Below, piece by piece: positions 34,509 to 45,470 of a stretch of 64,000 nt of DNA. Below the pieces are notes generated by a model. It saw only the letters and a list, made by a program, of their open reading frames with translations, did no database searches and was not told where the DNA came from. The DNA lies in contig CAVWVQ010000003.1 in assembly GCA_963758525.1 (NCBI GenBank), positions 4,192,001 through 4,256,000 on the forward strand, given 5' to 3'. The first letter of the stretch is position 1; each line of letters opens with the position of its first letter. The DNA comes from an uncultured Phycisphaerales bacterium (GTDB lineage Bacteria > Planctomycetota > Phycisphaerae > Tepidisphaerales > Tepidisphaeraceae). The position numbers were made by a program, and so were the translations under genes.

Positions 34509-34761
34509 TGAACGGCCTTCCGCGGCGTTTCTCGCGCGCCGCGTGCTTCTCCCGTTCGAGCAGTTCGCCCATCTCCTCTTCGGTCATGCCGGTCTTGCGG
34601 AAGTTTTCCGCCACCTCGCCACTCAGCTCCCGGACCGTCACCCGCCGTGCTTCGCGCTCCAAAAGTTGTGCCGCGAAGGTAGTCACGTCCACTCCGGCGG
34701 CCCGTGCTTTGGTCGCCAGCCTTGCTTCGGTGTCCGGGTTGATGGGTACTGCCAAGGTCAT
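34501..34761 (-). CDS. putative antitoxin (RHH-like)
   Basis: small ORF overlapping the toxin start; EARLATKARAAGVD; TATAAT upstream. Confidence 0.7.
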   Translation of the reverse strand: MTLAVPINPDTEARLATKARAAGVDVTTFAAQLLEREARRVTVRELSGEVAENFRKTGMTEEEMGELLEREKHAAREKRRGRPFSE

Positions 34762-35113
34762 GTTCTGACTCCATTATATCTCACGCATCACTCACTGAAC
34801 TTGCGCCCTGACTTTCCTTCGCGGGCTTCGTGCTTCACGCACTCGGGCATTTCCCGAACTCAACGGGACTGTCAGGGTCTTGCTTGCTTGTATTCTCACC
34901 CGACCAATCCGCTTATACCCCTGGTTATACTCGGCCAAAGCCGGAGCTAACGGTAAACTCGGTTCTCGTCGATTATACCATCACTATCCGTCACCCTTGA
35001 TCTTCTTCCCGATTTCGCATCGATCCATCGACCGCCTCGTAGCGCGAACACGGCGAAGCACTCCGCGCAGGCGTGTACGCGCAGCCGCAAAAGTGCGGTA
35101 TCCTCGTCCGAGC

Positions 35114-35959
35114 ATGTTTGGCTCTCATCTTTCCATCGCTGGCGGTTTGCACAATGCTCTTCTTGAGGCGGAGCGCCTGGGGTGTGAAGTCGTGCAAATC
35201 TTTACCAAGAACCAGCAGCAGTGGGCCTGCGCTCCGCTGGCGGAGAGCGTAATTGCTGATTGGACCACGCATCGCAAGCGGCTCAGATTCAAGCACACCG
35301 TCAGCCACGACAGCTATTTGATCAACCTGGCTTCCCCGGATGAAGCGTTGCGGCAGAAAAGTGTTTCGCTGTTTGCCGAAGAACTTCGTCGCTGCGTGAT
35401 TCTCGGCATCCCGTATCTGGTGACGCATCCGGGCGCCCACATGGGGGAAGGGGAGGAAGCCGGTCTGGCACGCGTCGCAAAATCGCTCGATGAGGTTCAC
35501 GAGATCGTGCCGGCCGACGGGGTGGTCACTTGCCTGGAGATCACAGCTGGTCAGGGAACGTCGCTGGGGTACCGACTGGAGCATCTCGCCGAGATCATCT
35601 CGCAGGTGAAGGCGCCGAAGCGACTGGGCGTCTGCCTCGACACGGCGCACCTCTTTGCAGCCGGATATGATTTTCGCGGCCGCAAGTACACAAAGTTTCG
35701 CAAACACGTCGAAGCGACGGTCGGCATCAGCCGGGTGAAGGTGCTGCACCTCAACGATTCCAAAAAAGAGCTCGGCAGCCGGGTCGATCGTCACGATCAC
35801 ATCGGCAAGGGAACCATCGGGGTGGATGGCTTCCGCCCGTTGGTGCGCGACAAGGCGTTTAAGAAGGTCCCCAAAATTCTTGAAACCCCCAAGGGCAAAT
35901 CCGATGATGGGCGGGAGTGGGATCAGATTAATCTGGAACTGCTGCGGTCGCTGATGTGA
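35114..35959 (+). CDS. nfo: endonuclease IV
   Basis: GSHLSIAGG, HDSYLINLAS, HPG, CLDTAH, LHLNDSK, DRHDHIG, ILETP. Confidence 0.95.
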   Translation: MFGSHLSIAGGLHNALLEAERLGCEVVQIFTKNQQQWACAPLAESVIADWTTHRKRLRFKHTVSHDSYLINLASPDEALRQKSVSLFAEELRRCVILGIPYLVTHPGAHMGEGEEAGLARVAKSLDEVHEIVPADGVVTCLEITAGQGTSLGYRLEHLAEIISQVKAPKRLGVCLDTAHLFAAGYDFRGRKYTKFRKHVEATVGISRVKVLHLNDSKKELGSRVDRHDHIGKGTIGVDGFRPLVRDKAFKKVPKILETPKGKSDDGREWDQINLELLRSLM

Positions 35960-35964
35960 GAGTG

Positions 35965-36243
35965 AGGGGAAGGCACGAAGGGGGATAGGCACGAAGGCAC
36001 GAAGGCACGTAGACACGAAGGCACGTAGGCACGTAGGCACGTAGGCACGAAGGGGACGACGCTCGCGCGACAGATCTTAAAGTGCGATTCGACGCATGCG
36101 CTGGGAAGATGAACGTCAGAAAGCTCTCGCCGCTCGCGGCCTCAGCCGCGTCATTCCCTTCGTGCCTTCGTGCCTTCGTGCCTTTGTGCCTTCGTGCCTT
36201 CGTGCCTTCGCGCCTATCTGCCCTCGTGCCTTCGTCCCTTCCC
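35965..36243. repeat. tandem-octamer hairpin (GGCACGAA)n / (TTCGTGCC)n
   Basis: many 8-mer units at ~35970-36052 mirrored at ~36157-36240. Confidence 0.9.
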
Positions 36244-36359
36244 ACCCGTTCCAATGATCACCCCTCTTTTCCGTTGGATTTGCCCGGATCCTGCGGATAT
36301 ACTTCGATCAGGAGGGTTCGGGTCCCTCATCTCTTGCCGTTCGCGTATCGGAACTTGGA

Positions 36360-37460
36360 ATGGTTCTCCACATACTGCGAGCTTTTTTTGTCTTGTTGAT
36401 GGCCGCCGCCGGGTGGTTCTTTCTCGGGCACCGTCTGGGGCCGGGCGGGGAAGGAGCCTGGGTTTCGCTGCCAATTTCGTTGGCGCTGGGAGTCCTGATC
36501 GTCTGCGCCGATATTCTGGCGCCGCGGCGCAAGCTCACGGTTTTTGCCGGAACGTTCTTCGGGCTGATCGTCGGGATTGCCTTCGCGTATGGAATGAGCT
36601 TTGTCGTTCGCCTGCTGGTCGATCAACTGATCGGCGTGGTGAGCCTGCCTTGGACCACCGACCGGGAGACGATCATTCAGTTCACCAACCTGGTGCTTGG
36701 AATGGTTTCGTGCTACCTGGCAATCAGCTTCATCCTGCAGACCAAAGACGACTTTCGCTTTATCATTCCGTACGTCGAGTTCAGCAGGGAAACCAAAGGC
36801 GCCCGCCCGGTGTTGCTGGATACGAGCGTCTTGATCGATGGCCGCATCAACGACATTGTCATGACGGGGATTATCGAAAGTGAGATGATCGTCCCGCGAT
36901 TCGTGGTGGAAGAGCTGCACGCGGTGGCCGACAGTTCCGACAAGCTGAAGCGCAATCGCGGTCGGCGCGGTCTGGACGCGCTGACGAAGCTGCGTTCCAG
37001 CAAGGCCAGCGTCATCCTGTATGAGCCGACGCGCGACTCGGAGCTGCGGGGCACGGTCGATCAGATGCTGATGGTGCTGGCCAAGGACTTGCGCGCCCGC
37101 ATCCTGACGAACGATTACAATCTCAACAAGGTCGCGCAGCTTAGCGGGGTGGACGTGATCAATATCAACGATCTGGCCAACGCGCTCAAGCCGATCGTGC
37201 TGCCGGGTGAATTGATGACCGTCACCATCATCAAGGCCGGCGAGGAGCCGGGACAGGGCGTGGGCTACCTTGCCGACGGGACGATGGTTGTGGTCGAGCA
37301 GGCCCGGCAGTACGAGCGGGAGGACGTGGAATTTGTGGTGACGCGTGCGTTGCAGACCAGTGCTGGCAAAATGATTTTCGGCCGACTCGCGACCACGATG
37401 GCTGCAGATCCGGGCCGGCGCGCGCGTCCGGCGGGCAATCCGCAATCTCTTCCAACCTGA
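36360..37460 (+). CDS. membrane PIN/TRAM domain protein (YacL-like)
   Basis: TM helices, LLDTSVLIDGRI, RGRRGLD, TNDYNLNKV, QGVGYLADGTMVVVE. Confidence 0.92.
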   Translation: MVLHILRAFFVLLMAAAGWFFLGHRLGPGGEGAWVSLPISLALGVLIVCADILAPRRKLTVFAGTFFGLIVGIAFAYGMSFVVRLLVDQLIGVVSLPWTTDRETIIQFTNLVLGMVSCYLAISFILQTKDDFRFIIPYVEFSRETKGARPVLLDTSVLIDGRINDIVMTGIIESEMIVPRFVVEELHAVADSSDKLKRNRGRRGLDALTKLRSSKASVILYEPTRDSELRGTVDQMLMVLAKDLRARILTNDYNLNKVAQLSGVDVININDLANALKPIVLPGELMTVTIIKAGEEPGQGVGYLADGTMVVVEQARQYEREDVEFVVTRALQTSAGKMIFGRLATTMAADPGRRARPAGNPQSLPT

Positions 37461-37577
37461 ATGACGGTCCGGGCTCACGCGGTGGAGGCCCATATATCAT
37501 CCCGTCACCCTCGCAAAAGCACTGCTCAGCTCGCGCGGGCCGCGGATGTGCGTCCGCGGCTACGGACCTGTTCAAAG

Positions 37578-37811
37578 TGCGCGCAAAATCAGCATCGAGT
37601 TGATAGCGCCGTCACCTCTGCCGCGCTGGCGCAAAGAATTGGCAGCGACGGCATCCCTGCTGTGGGGCGAGCGCTGTGAAGCTCGGTGCCGCTGGCGTGC
37701 GATCTGAAGCTGCTGTCGGCTCTTACGTGGGTTTTCGAGCGATGCTTCTTCGTCGTCGCGGCTCTGTCCGAGCCGTTACTTTGGTCTCGCGCGTGACGGC
37801 ATCGTTTTTGC
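37578..37811 (+). promoter_or_regulatory. sigma54 promoter with possible NtrC-type upstream site
   Basis: CGGCATCGTTTTTGC (GG-N10-GC) at 37797-37811; TGC-N11-GCA at 37578-37594; upstream of glutamine synthetase. Confidence 0.5.
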
Positions 37812-37917
37812 CAAGGAATCTTTTACGCCGAAAAAGTGTAAACAACCCGCATAAAAATTCCACATAGGCAGTTCGACTCGGCGCGGGCCTGCCTGGAGAA
37901 TGGATGATTGAACGAAT

Positions 37918-38940
37918 ATGGCAAAGTACAAACTGGAATACATCTGGCTCGATGGTTACAAGCCTACCCCCAACATTCGCGGCAAGACCCTGGTCAAGGA
38001 TTTCGAGAGCTTCCCATCGCTGGAGCAGCTCCCGAACTGGGGCTTTGACGGCAGCTCGACCCAGCAGGCGGAGGGCCACAGCTCAGACTGCGTTCTCAAG
38101 CCCGTCGCACGTTATCTCGATACCACTGTCAAGAATGGCGTAATTGTCCTTTGCGAAGTTCTCCATCCCGACCTGACCCCTCACTCCACCAACGCCCGCG
38201 CCACCATCCTGGATGACCCGGAAACGTGGTTCGGGTTCGAGCAGGAGTATTTCCTGTACAAGGACGGACAGCCGCTCGGCTTCCCCTCGGAAGGGTTTCC
38301 CAAAGAAGGCCAGGGAAGATATTACTGCGGCGTCGGCTACAGCCTGATGGGCGACATCGCCCGCGAAATCGTCAACAAGCACCTCGATCTTTGCCTCGAC
38401 GCCGGCATCAACCACGAAGGAATCAACTCCGAAGTGGCAAAGGGCCAGTGGGAATTCCAGATCTTCGGCAAAGGCTCCAAAAAGGCCGCCGACGAAATGT
38501 GGGTGGCCCGCTACCTGCTCATGCGCCTCTGCGAAACATACAAGGTGGACGTGAACTGGCACTGCAAGCCGCTGGGCGCGACTGACTGGAACGGCTCTGG
38601 CATGCACTCCAATTTCTCCACCAAGTATCTCCGCGAAGTCGGCGGCAAGGAGTACTTCGAGTCGCTCATGGTGGCGTTCGACAAGTACAAAGCCGAGCAC
38701 ATCGCCGTCTACGGACCGGACAACCATATGCGCCTCACCGGGCTGCACGAGACCCAGGCCATCGATAAGTTCAATTACGGCGTCTCCAATCGCGGGGCGT
38801 CCATCCGCCTGCCGCACAGCATGCCGAAGAACGGCTACAAGGGCTACCTGGAAGATCGTCGCCCCAACTCGCAGGGCGACCCGTACAAAATCGCCAGCCG
38901 CATTCTCGAAACCATCGCCACCGTGCCGCTTCCGAAGTAA
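37918..38940 (+). CDS. glnII: glutamine synthetase type II
   Basis: 340 aa, LEYIWLDG, WGFDGSST, WFGFEQEY, DWNGSGMH, GYLEDRRP. Confidence 0.92.
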   Translation: MAKYKLEYIWLDGYKPTPNIRGKTLVKDFESFPSLEQLPNWGFDGSSTQQAEGHSSDCVLKPVARYLDTTVKNGVIVLCEVLHPDLTPHSTNARATILDDPETWFGFEQEYFLYKDGQPLGFPSEGFPKEGQGRYYCGVGYSLMGDIAREIVNKHLDLCLDAGINHEGINSEVAKGQWEFQIFGKGSKKAADEMWVARYLLMRLCETYKVDVNWHCKPLGATDWNGSGMHSNFSTKYLREVGGKEYFESLMVAFDKYKAEHIAVYGPDNHMRLTGLHETQAIDKFNYGVSNRGASIRLPHSMPKNGYKGYLEDRRPNSQGDPYKIASRILETIATVPLPK

Positions 38941-38971
38941 TTCGGCGCGATCCGGTCGCTTGACACTCAAC

Positions 38972-39005
38972 ACAACGCCGCCCCTCACCGGGCGGCGTTG
39001 TTTTT
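38972..39005 (+). terminator. intrinsic terminator
   Basis: ACAACGCCGCCC/GGGCGGCGTTGT stem plus T tract. Confidence 0.85.
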
Positions 39006-39049
39006 GATTGGTGCTCTCTGCGAAAAGTGGAACCTGCTATAATCGGCGT

Positions 39050-39277
39050 ATGCCTCGTCGCGCGTATCTTGATCCCCGGCAGATTGAAGTGATCGATGAC
39101 ACGATGGCAAACGTGTTGCGGCGCCTCAGCGGCACGCGGAGACTTGAAGTCGCCAGCAAAATGCACGCTTCGGCGCGTTCGATGATCCGCCACCATCTCG
39201 CTTTGCAGAATCCGGGATGGAGTGAACAGCAATTGGCACGCGAGGTTGCGCGGAGGCTGCTGCATGGAGCATGCTGA
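39050..39277 (+). CDS. small basic helical protein, partner of the downstream nucleotidyltransferase
   Basis: TGCTATAAT 6 nt before ATG; overlaps next gene; LRRLS..RRL...PGWSEQQL.REVARR. Confidence 0.65.
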   Translation: MPRRAYLDPRQIEVIDDTMANVLRRLSGTRRLEVASKMHASARSMIRHHLALQNPGWSEQQLAREVARRLLHGAC

Positions 39278-39839
39278 CTTTCTCCGTCACGTTGCCGACA
39301 TTCTTGATCGTCTCGAACTCCGCTATTTCATCACCGGGTCGTCAGCCAGCATTTATTACGGGGAACAGCGGTTTACGAACGATGTTGACGCGGTTGTCGA
39401 TCTCCCGCTGGGTCGAGTCGAGGAATTCTGCAGCCAATTTCCCGCCGACGACTATTACGTCAGCGTTGAAGCCGCTCGTGCGGCGGTGATGCAACACGGA
39501 ATGTTCAATGTCATCCATCCCACCGAAGGGCTGAAGCTTGATGTGATTATTCCTCCGCAGACTGCTTTCAGCCAAAGCTGCATGGAACGAGCTGTCCGGC
39601 ACCCGCTCGCGCGAGATGGTACAGCCGCCTTCAGCTCTGCCGAGGACGTCATCTTGAATAAGCTCGATTACTACCGCGAAGGCCAGAGCGAAAAGCACCT
39701 CCGCGACATCGCCAGCATGATCAAAATTCTTGGCGAGAAGCTTGATTTCACGTACATCGAGCAGTGGGCGCGGCGGCTGGATCTTGCCGACGAATGGCGG
39801 ATCGTACGCGAACGCGCCGCCGGTCCTTCCAACGTGTAG
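39264..39839 (+). CDS. nucleotidyltransferase-fold protein (DUF6036/AbiEii-like)
   Basis: YFITGS.AS..YGEQRFTNDVD, EDVILNKL, SEKHLRD. Confidence 0.75.
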   Translation: MEHADFLRHVADILDRLELRYFITGSSASIYYGEQRFTNDVDAVVDLPLGRVEEFCSQFPADDYYVSVEAARAAVMQHGMFNVIHPTEGLKLDVIIPPQTAFSQSCMERAVRHPLARDGTAAFSSAEDVILNKLDYYREGQSEKHLRDIASMIKILGEKLDFTYIEQWARRLDLADEWRIVRERAAGPSNV

Positions 39840-39871
39840 ACACTCGCCCGCGCCCTCGTAAGATCCTCACG

Positions 39872-40736
39872 ATGCGATTCACCAAAATGCAGGGTCTCGG
39901 CAATGACTATGTCTATGTGAACGGCTTTGCCGAGCGCGTGAGCGATCCGGCCGCGACGGCGCAAAAAGTGGCCGATCGGCATTTTGGAATCGGCGCGGAC
40001 GGACTCATCCTCATTCTTCCTTCCGATCGTGCCGACGTGCGGATGCGCATGTTCAACGCCGACGGCAGCGAGGCGGAAATGTGCGGCAACGGAATCCGGT
40101 GCGTCGCCAAGTATGCCTTCGATCATGGTCTGTCCAGGAGCAATCCCATGCGCGTCCAGACCGGCAACGGCGTGCTCACGCTCGCGCTGGAAGTTGTTGG
40201 GGACAAGGTGCAAAGCGTGCAGGTCAACATGGGCGCGCCGATCCTCGCGCTGCCTGATATACCAGTCGATCCCCAAAAGATCGGCCGCGGCGCGGTCAAT
40301 CCGGAGCATCTGATTGTCGTCCCCACCGCGCCGCGCGCTACCATCGAGCTGAGCGCGACGTTCGTATCCATGGGCAATCCGCACGCCGTGATTTTCACTC
40401 CGGACGTAAATGCCGTCGATCTGGCAACGCTCGGCCCGCTCGTGGAGCATCACCCGGCCTTTCCACGGCGGGTCAACGCACATTGGGTTCAGGTTCATTC
40501 TCCCTCAGAGGTGACAATGCGCAGCCTGGGAGCGCGGGAGCGGCATTACGCTCGCGTGCGGGACCGGCGCCTGCGCCGTCGCTGTCGCCGGCGTGCTCAC
40601 GGGCCGGACGCAACGCTCGATCACCGCGCATCTGCCCGGCGGCGATTTGAAACTCGATTGGCGCGAGTCGGACGGTCATGTCTACATGACCGGCCCCGCG
40701 ACCGAGGTCTTCAGCGGGGAATGGACCGGCGAGTAA
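39872..40736 (+). CDS. dapF: diaminopimelate epimerase (frameshift near 40525)
   Basis: [36 protein letters not shown] in shifted frame. Confidence 0.93.
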
Positions 40737-40739
40737 TTC

Positions 40740-41336
40740 TCATCTTGCAAACGTTCCGACCAACTGTCCGCGCACCAGCACATGGCCTTCCATCGCTCCG
40801 ATCAGTTCGGAGCGACCGGCGCCCGGTTCGATATTGAGCATCGCGTCCAGCGCGAAAAGCTGGAAGAAATAGCGGTGGGGCGTGTCACCCTTCGGCGGGG
40901 CGCAGCCCGTATAGCCGAGCTTCAAGGATGAATTCTTCCCCTGCATCATCGCTGGCTTCGACAATTGCTTTTCGTTCGAAACAGCCGCAGGAAGCTCCAT
41001 CACCGACGGCGGCATGTTATAGACGAGCCAGTGCACAAACGGATTCGGCAGCGGCGCGTCGGGATCTTCTACGATCAGCGCCCACGACTGCGTGCCGGCC
41101 GGGGAACCCGACCAGTGCAAGGCCGGGGAAACGTTCCCGCCTTCGGCGCCGTGCAGTTCCGGAATCGGCTGGCCGTCATTAAAGGAATCCGCATGAAGTT
41201 CGATCTTCGCCGGCCCCTGCAGCCGGGGATTGGCGCCTGCCAGCCGGTCGTCGCCGGCTCGCGCACCGGGGACTCCGCCGGTGAGCAGGACGGGCGTTCC
41301 TGTCAGCAGCACCTTTGCGCTATGAGCGATTCCCAT
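40740..41336 (-). CDS. YbhB/YbcL (PEBP) family protein
   Basis: EDPDAP, FVHW, PPKGDTPHRYFFQLFALD. Confidence 0.9.
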   Translation of the reverse strand: MGIAHSAKVLLTGTPVLLTGGVPGARAGDDRLAGANPRLQGPAKIELHADSFNDGQPIPELHGAEGGNVSPALHWSGSPAGTQSWALIVEDPDAPLPNPFVHWLVYNMPPSVMELPAAVSNEKQLSKPAMMQGKNSSLKLGYTGCAPPKGDTPHRYFFQLFALDAMLNIEPGAGRSELIGAMEGHVLVRGQLVGTFAR

Positions 41337-41414
41337 GATGTCTCCTTGAAAAGACATCATTCTATTGAGCGGTGCAATCCGCGCGAGCGGTCGATATTCC
41401 GCTCCGGCAGCTTC

Positions 41415-42719
41415 CTACAGAAGATAGCGGGCTCGACTGACGGCCCATTGCCCAACTCGATCGAGCCACGGACGATGCCGCCACTCCGACAAGCGAATCT
41501 GTGTCGCGTAGCGGACGTCATGTTCAAACAGGGCACGCATTTGCCGGCCGAGTTGGTCGTTGCGGATCACCGCTGAGATTTCACAATTATATTCGATGCT
41601 TCGGTAGTCGAGATTGGTCGAGCCGATGATCGAAGTATGCTCATCCACCACCAGCGCCTTCGTGTGCAGAATGACTCCCTGACGTTCGTAGACTTCGACG
41701 CCCGCCGCCATCAGCGTTTCGTAAAATGAGCGCACCGCCAGGTGAACCAGTTTCACATCGCATCGGCCGGGCAGCATCAGCCGCACGCGCACGCCGCGCA
41801 GGGCGGCCTGGCAAAGGGCATCGATCAGCGGGTCGTCGGGAGCGAAGTAGGCCATGGTCAACAGCACGCTTTGCCGCGCGCCGTGCAGCAGCCGATGAAG
41901 AAATGGAAGCAGGGGACTGTTCAGCGTCGCGACGGTCCCGAGGACGGCAAGTTCTCCATCGTGCAGATCGTGGATGAATTCAGCCCTGCGGATGCGCCCG
42001 CCGCGATGGGCATAGTCCCAGGTTCGAGAAAAACTCCGAAGGAACCCGCGCGCTCCCGGTCCGGTGATTCCGATCGCGTTATCGCGCCAGAAGTCGCAAG
42101 CTTCCCGTTTGGAAGACTTGATCACCCACGATCCGGCGTACTCGCCGCCGATATTCAGCCCGCCGAGCCCGGCGATATTGTCATCGATGATCAGCAGCTT
42201 GCGATGGTCGCGGTTGAGCGGACGCCATCCAAACCGGCAGTCCCACGGTCGCATCGGATGGAACTCCACCGTGCGAACCCCCGCCCTGCGCATCTGATCG
42301 AACATCGCGCGGTCCGAGGAAATGGAACCGAACGAATCATAAATGAGAAGCACCTGCACGCCCTCGCGAGCCTTTTTGGCCAGCAGGTCGGCGAAGGCGC
42401 GTCCGGTGTCGTCGCTGGCAAAAATATAGACTTCCAGGCAGACGCGCTTCTGAGCCAGCTCGATCGCCCGGTACGCCGCCAGGAGGGCTTCGCCGTCTTT
42501 ATAGAGTCGAACTGATGTCCCGTCCGAGAGTGCGGTTGCCGGCGGCTCGGACCAGCCGTCGTCATGTGACCCCGGGCGCACATTGATTCCCACGCCCCAG
42601 TCCGCACATTCGTCGACCACACCCTGCGATGCAGCCTTCTTGACCGGTGCAGGCGCTCGCTCGGCGATCTCGGCAATTTCGGCCGTTGTCTGGTTCTCGC
42701 GATCCTCGCCAGGCATCAT
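41415..42719 (-). CDS. cardiolipin synthase-like phospholipase D (ClsB-like)
   Basis: two HKD motifs (DHRKLLIID, LHTKALVVD), GSTNLDYRS. Confidence 0.9.
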   Translation of the reverse strand: MMPGEDRENQTTAEIAEIAERAPAPVKKAASQGVVDECADWGVGINVRPGSHDDGWSEPPATALSDGTSVRLYKDGEALLAAYRAIELAQKRVCLEVYIFASDDTGRAFADLLAKKAREGVQVLLIYDSFGSISSDRAMFDQMRRAGVRTVEFHPMRPWDCRFGWRPLNRDHRKLLIIDDNIAGLGGLNIGGEYAGSWVIKSSKREACDFWRDNAIGITGPGARGFLRSFSRTWDYAHRGGRIRRAEFIHDLHDGELAVLGTVATLNSPLLPFLHRLLHGARQSVLLTMAYFAPDDPLIDALCQAALRGVRVRLMLPGRCDVKLVHLAVRSFYETLMAAGVEVYERQGVILHTKALVVDEHTSIIGSTNLDYRSIEYNCEISAVIRNDQLGRQMRALFEHDVRYATQIRLSEWRHRPWLDRVGQWAVSRARYLL

Positions 42720-42820
42720 GTGAATGATAGATTGCTTGCGGCGGTATGCATACGCCGGTAGTGGCTCCCCCACGATCCAGCGATTTTCCGCTATAATCTC
42801 CGCAACTACGGAGATGTTGA

Positions 42821-43890
42821 ATGCCATTGGAACGTGATGCGGTCATGAATGCCTTGCGAACGGTGCAGGATCCCGAGATTCTCAAGGACATCGTTGCGCT
42901 GAATATGGTGAAGGAAGTGCGGATCGAGGCGGATGACGTCTTCGTGCATGTGGAACTGACCACGCCGGCCTGCCCGCTGAAGGACGTGATCGAGCGCGAT
43001 GTCAACGCGGCTCTGAAGCGGGCGGGGCGCAGAATGTGAAATTGCACCTGACCGCAAAGACACGCGGCCCGGCCGAGCCGCGCAAGGGAGGCGCTCCCGC
43101 AGGTAAAGAATGTGGTGGCGGTCGGCGCCGGCAAGGGGGGCGTCGGCAAGTCGACGCTGGCGCTGAATCTGGCCGTCGGGCTGAGGCGCGCCGGCGCGGC
43201 CGTAGGCCTGATGGACGGCGACATTTACGGCCCGAGCATGCCGACCATGCTCGGCATTCGCGGGCAGGCGCCGAGCATCCGCGGCAAGAAGATTCTGCCG
43301 TTCGCGGTGCACGGAATTCATGCCGTCACGATCGGCGCCTTGGTCGAGCAGGACAAGCCGTTGATCTGCGCGGGCCGATGGCTCACGGCGCGTTCAAGCA
43401 ACTGCTGCTGGACAACACCGATTGGCCCGAGCTCGACTATCTGATCGTCGACCTGCCCCCCGGCACCGGCGACGTGCCGCTGACGCTCTGCCAGCTCCTG
43501 CCGCTCACCGGCGCCGTGATCGTCGCCACGCCGCAGCAAGTGGCGCTGGATGACGCCACGCGGGCGATCCGGATGTTCCAGCAGTTGGAGACGCCGATCC
43601 TCGGGCTCGTTGAAAACATGAGCTACTTCATCGGCCCCGACGGCCAGGAATTCGACATCTTCGGCCGAGGCGGCACCGAGCGCGCGGCTCATTCGCTGGG
43701 TCTGCCCTATCTGGGTGCGGTTCCGATGTTTACCGAGCTGCGCCAAAACAGCGACGCGGGCACGCCACAGGCAAACTTCGAAGGCAACCCGCGCCTGCGC
43801 GACGCACTGGAAAACGTCGTCCGTCATCTCGCCGGGGAAGTCAGCAAGCGGAATCTGCAGACTGCTGCGCCAACTCTGACGATCAGTTGA
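42821..43890 (+). CDS. mrp: Mrp/NBP35 (ApbC) Fe-S carrier ATPase (frameshifts near 43030, 43080, 43367)
   Basis: VQDPE...LTTPACP; GKGGVGKST; DIYGPS; DLPPGTGD; VENMSYF. Confidence 0.9.
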
Positions 43891-43916
43891 GCGCTCGTTC
43901 GATCCCGCTTGCCGGT

Positions 43917-44623
43917 TCAACTCGATCGCTTCGACATCAAGATTGCCGCGGCTGCGATGGCCGCGGTTTCGATGCGCAGCACTGTCTGGGTCAATCCGAC
44001 TGACATGATTCCGGCCGCCGCAAATGCCGCTCGTTCTTCTTCCGTCCATCCCCCTTCGGGACCAACGAAAAGCGCCAGCGCGGGAGGAAGGTCTGCGCGG
44101 CCAGCTCGATAAGCGTGACGTTCTCTTCCATCGAGCAAACCCAACTCAGTCCATTGAAGCGTTTGATCGCCGAATCAACCGGCACGATTTCTTCGATACG
44201 CATCGTGCCGATCCGTCGTGACTGCTCGGCAGATTCACGGGCGATGCGCGCCCACCGCTCGTGCTTGTTTCGTCCCTCCGGGACAACCACCGATCGCGCA
44301 GCCGCCAATGGAATAAACGTGTCGACCCCCAATTCGCTGAGCTTCTCGATCATCCAGTCGGCGCGCTCTCCCTTGGGAATCGCGGCCGCAATGGTCAGCA
44401 ATAGCGCTCTGCTGGCTGGAGCCGTCACTGGCCCGACGCGAACGCTGGCATCCGCCGATCCCTCGTGGTGCACTGTTCCCGTCGCGGTTTGCCCCGCGTC
44501 GTCAAACAGCTCGACCGTTTCTCCTTCCACCAGACGCAGCACCTTCCAGAGATGATGCGCCTGATCCCGCGTGAGAGCGACGTCGCCGGCGTGAAGTTGT
44601 TGCACGTGAAGTCGCCGAGCCAT
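43917..44623 (-). CDS. rsmE: 16S rRNA m3U1498 methyltransferase (frameshift near 44100-44150)
   Basis: HHLWKVLRL, EKLSELGV, ESAEQSRR, VGPEGGW, LRIETA. Confidence 0.92.
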
Positions 44624-44830
44624 TGAGAGTCGTTCCAATTTGACAGTGTATCATCCGATCGGCTTCAATGACGCCGCGACTTGGACAACGATAGTCGCGC
44701 GCGTGCGCGAATATTCGGCAATGTATTGTGGTGGAGGCTTGCAGCCTGCAATTCGCCGTGCAAACACAATTCGCTCCTTCTCGCCCGGAAATTCAAGCAC
44801 GCCCATGATCGCCCAACCAGAGGATTACGC

Positions 44831-45133
44831 ATGTTCGTTCACACCGTCTATTTCTGGCTGAAAGATGGCACTCCCGACGCCGCCCGCGAGCAACTCATCG
44901 GCGATTGCACCCGGCTGCTGGCCAAGGTTCCATCCGTGCGAAGTCTCTGGGTGGGCAAGCCCGCAATGACGCCCCGGCCGATCGTGGACAACTCATATGA
45001 TGTCGGATTATGCGTCGTGCTCGACGATGCCCCCGGCCACGACGCGTACCAGGTGCATCCGCTGCATCTGGAATTCGTCGCCCGCAATAGCGCGACGTTC
45101 GGGCGGGTGCAGATTTATGACACGGCAGGGTGA
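44831..45133 (+). CDS. Dabb family stress-responsive A/B barrel protein
   Basis: HTVYFWLK...YQVHPLHLEF. Confidence 0.9.
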   Translation: MFVHTVYFWLKDGTPDAAREQLIGDCTRLLAKVPSVRSLWVGKPAMTPRPIVDNSYDVGLCVVLDDAPGHDAYQVHPLHLEFVARNSATFGRVQIYDTAG

Positions 45134-45455
45134 TTGGAACGTGGCCGGTTTCAAAAAGCGCCCTGTTTAGAGGCGGTTTCAGAACCTGTTTAGCCGCGCC
45201 GCGCAGCGCGTCCAAGAATGCGTATTTGACAGATTGCGTCAAACGCGCGGAAGACGCCGCTGGACGCGCTTCGCTGCGCGGCGCGGCTAAACAGGTAACG
45301 GAACGCCTAAGGGTTCTGAAACGGGCCTCAGCCGCGACGCGCAGCAGAAGCGCGTCTGGACGGATCAACTCAAAACCGCGAAATACGCGCTCCGCTGCGC
45401 GTCGCGGCTAACCGGGCTTGTGACGGGGTTTCGTGCTGCCCACGTTCCAATCACC
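45129..45455. repeat. nested palindromic repeat cluster
   Basis: outer perfect 16-bp IR GGTGATTGGAACGTGG; inner GTTTCAGAACC IR; TTAGCCGCGCCGCGCAGC REP-like pairs. Confidence 0.8.
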
Positions 45456-45470
45456 GGCCCTCCCCGGCAC

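Noticed and set aside
35965..36243. possible CRISPR array
   Set aside because: Contiguous 8-mer units without unique spacers; no cas genes in the window.
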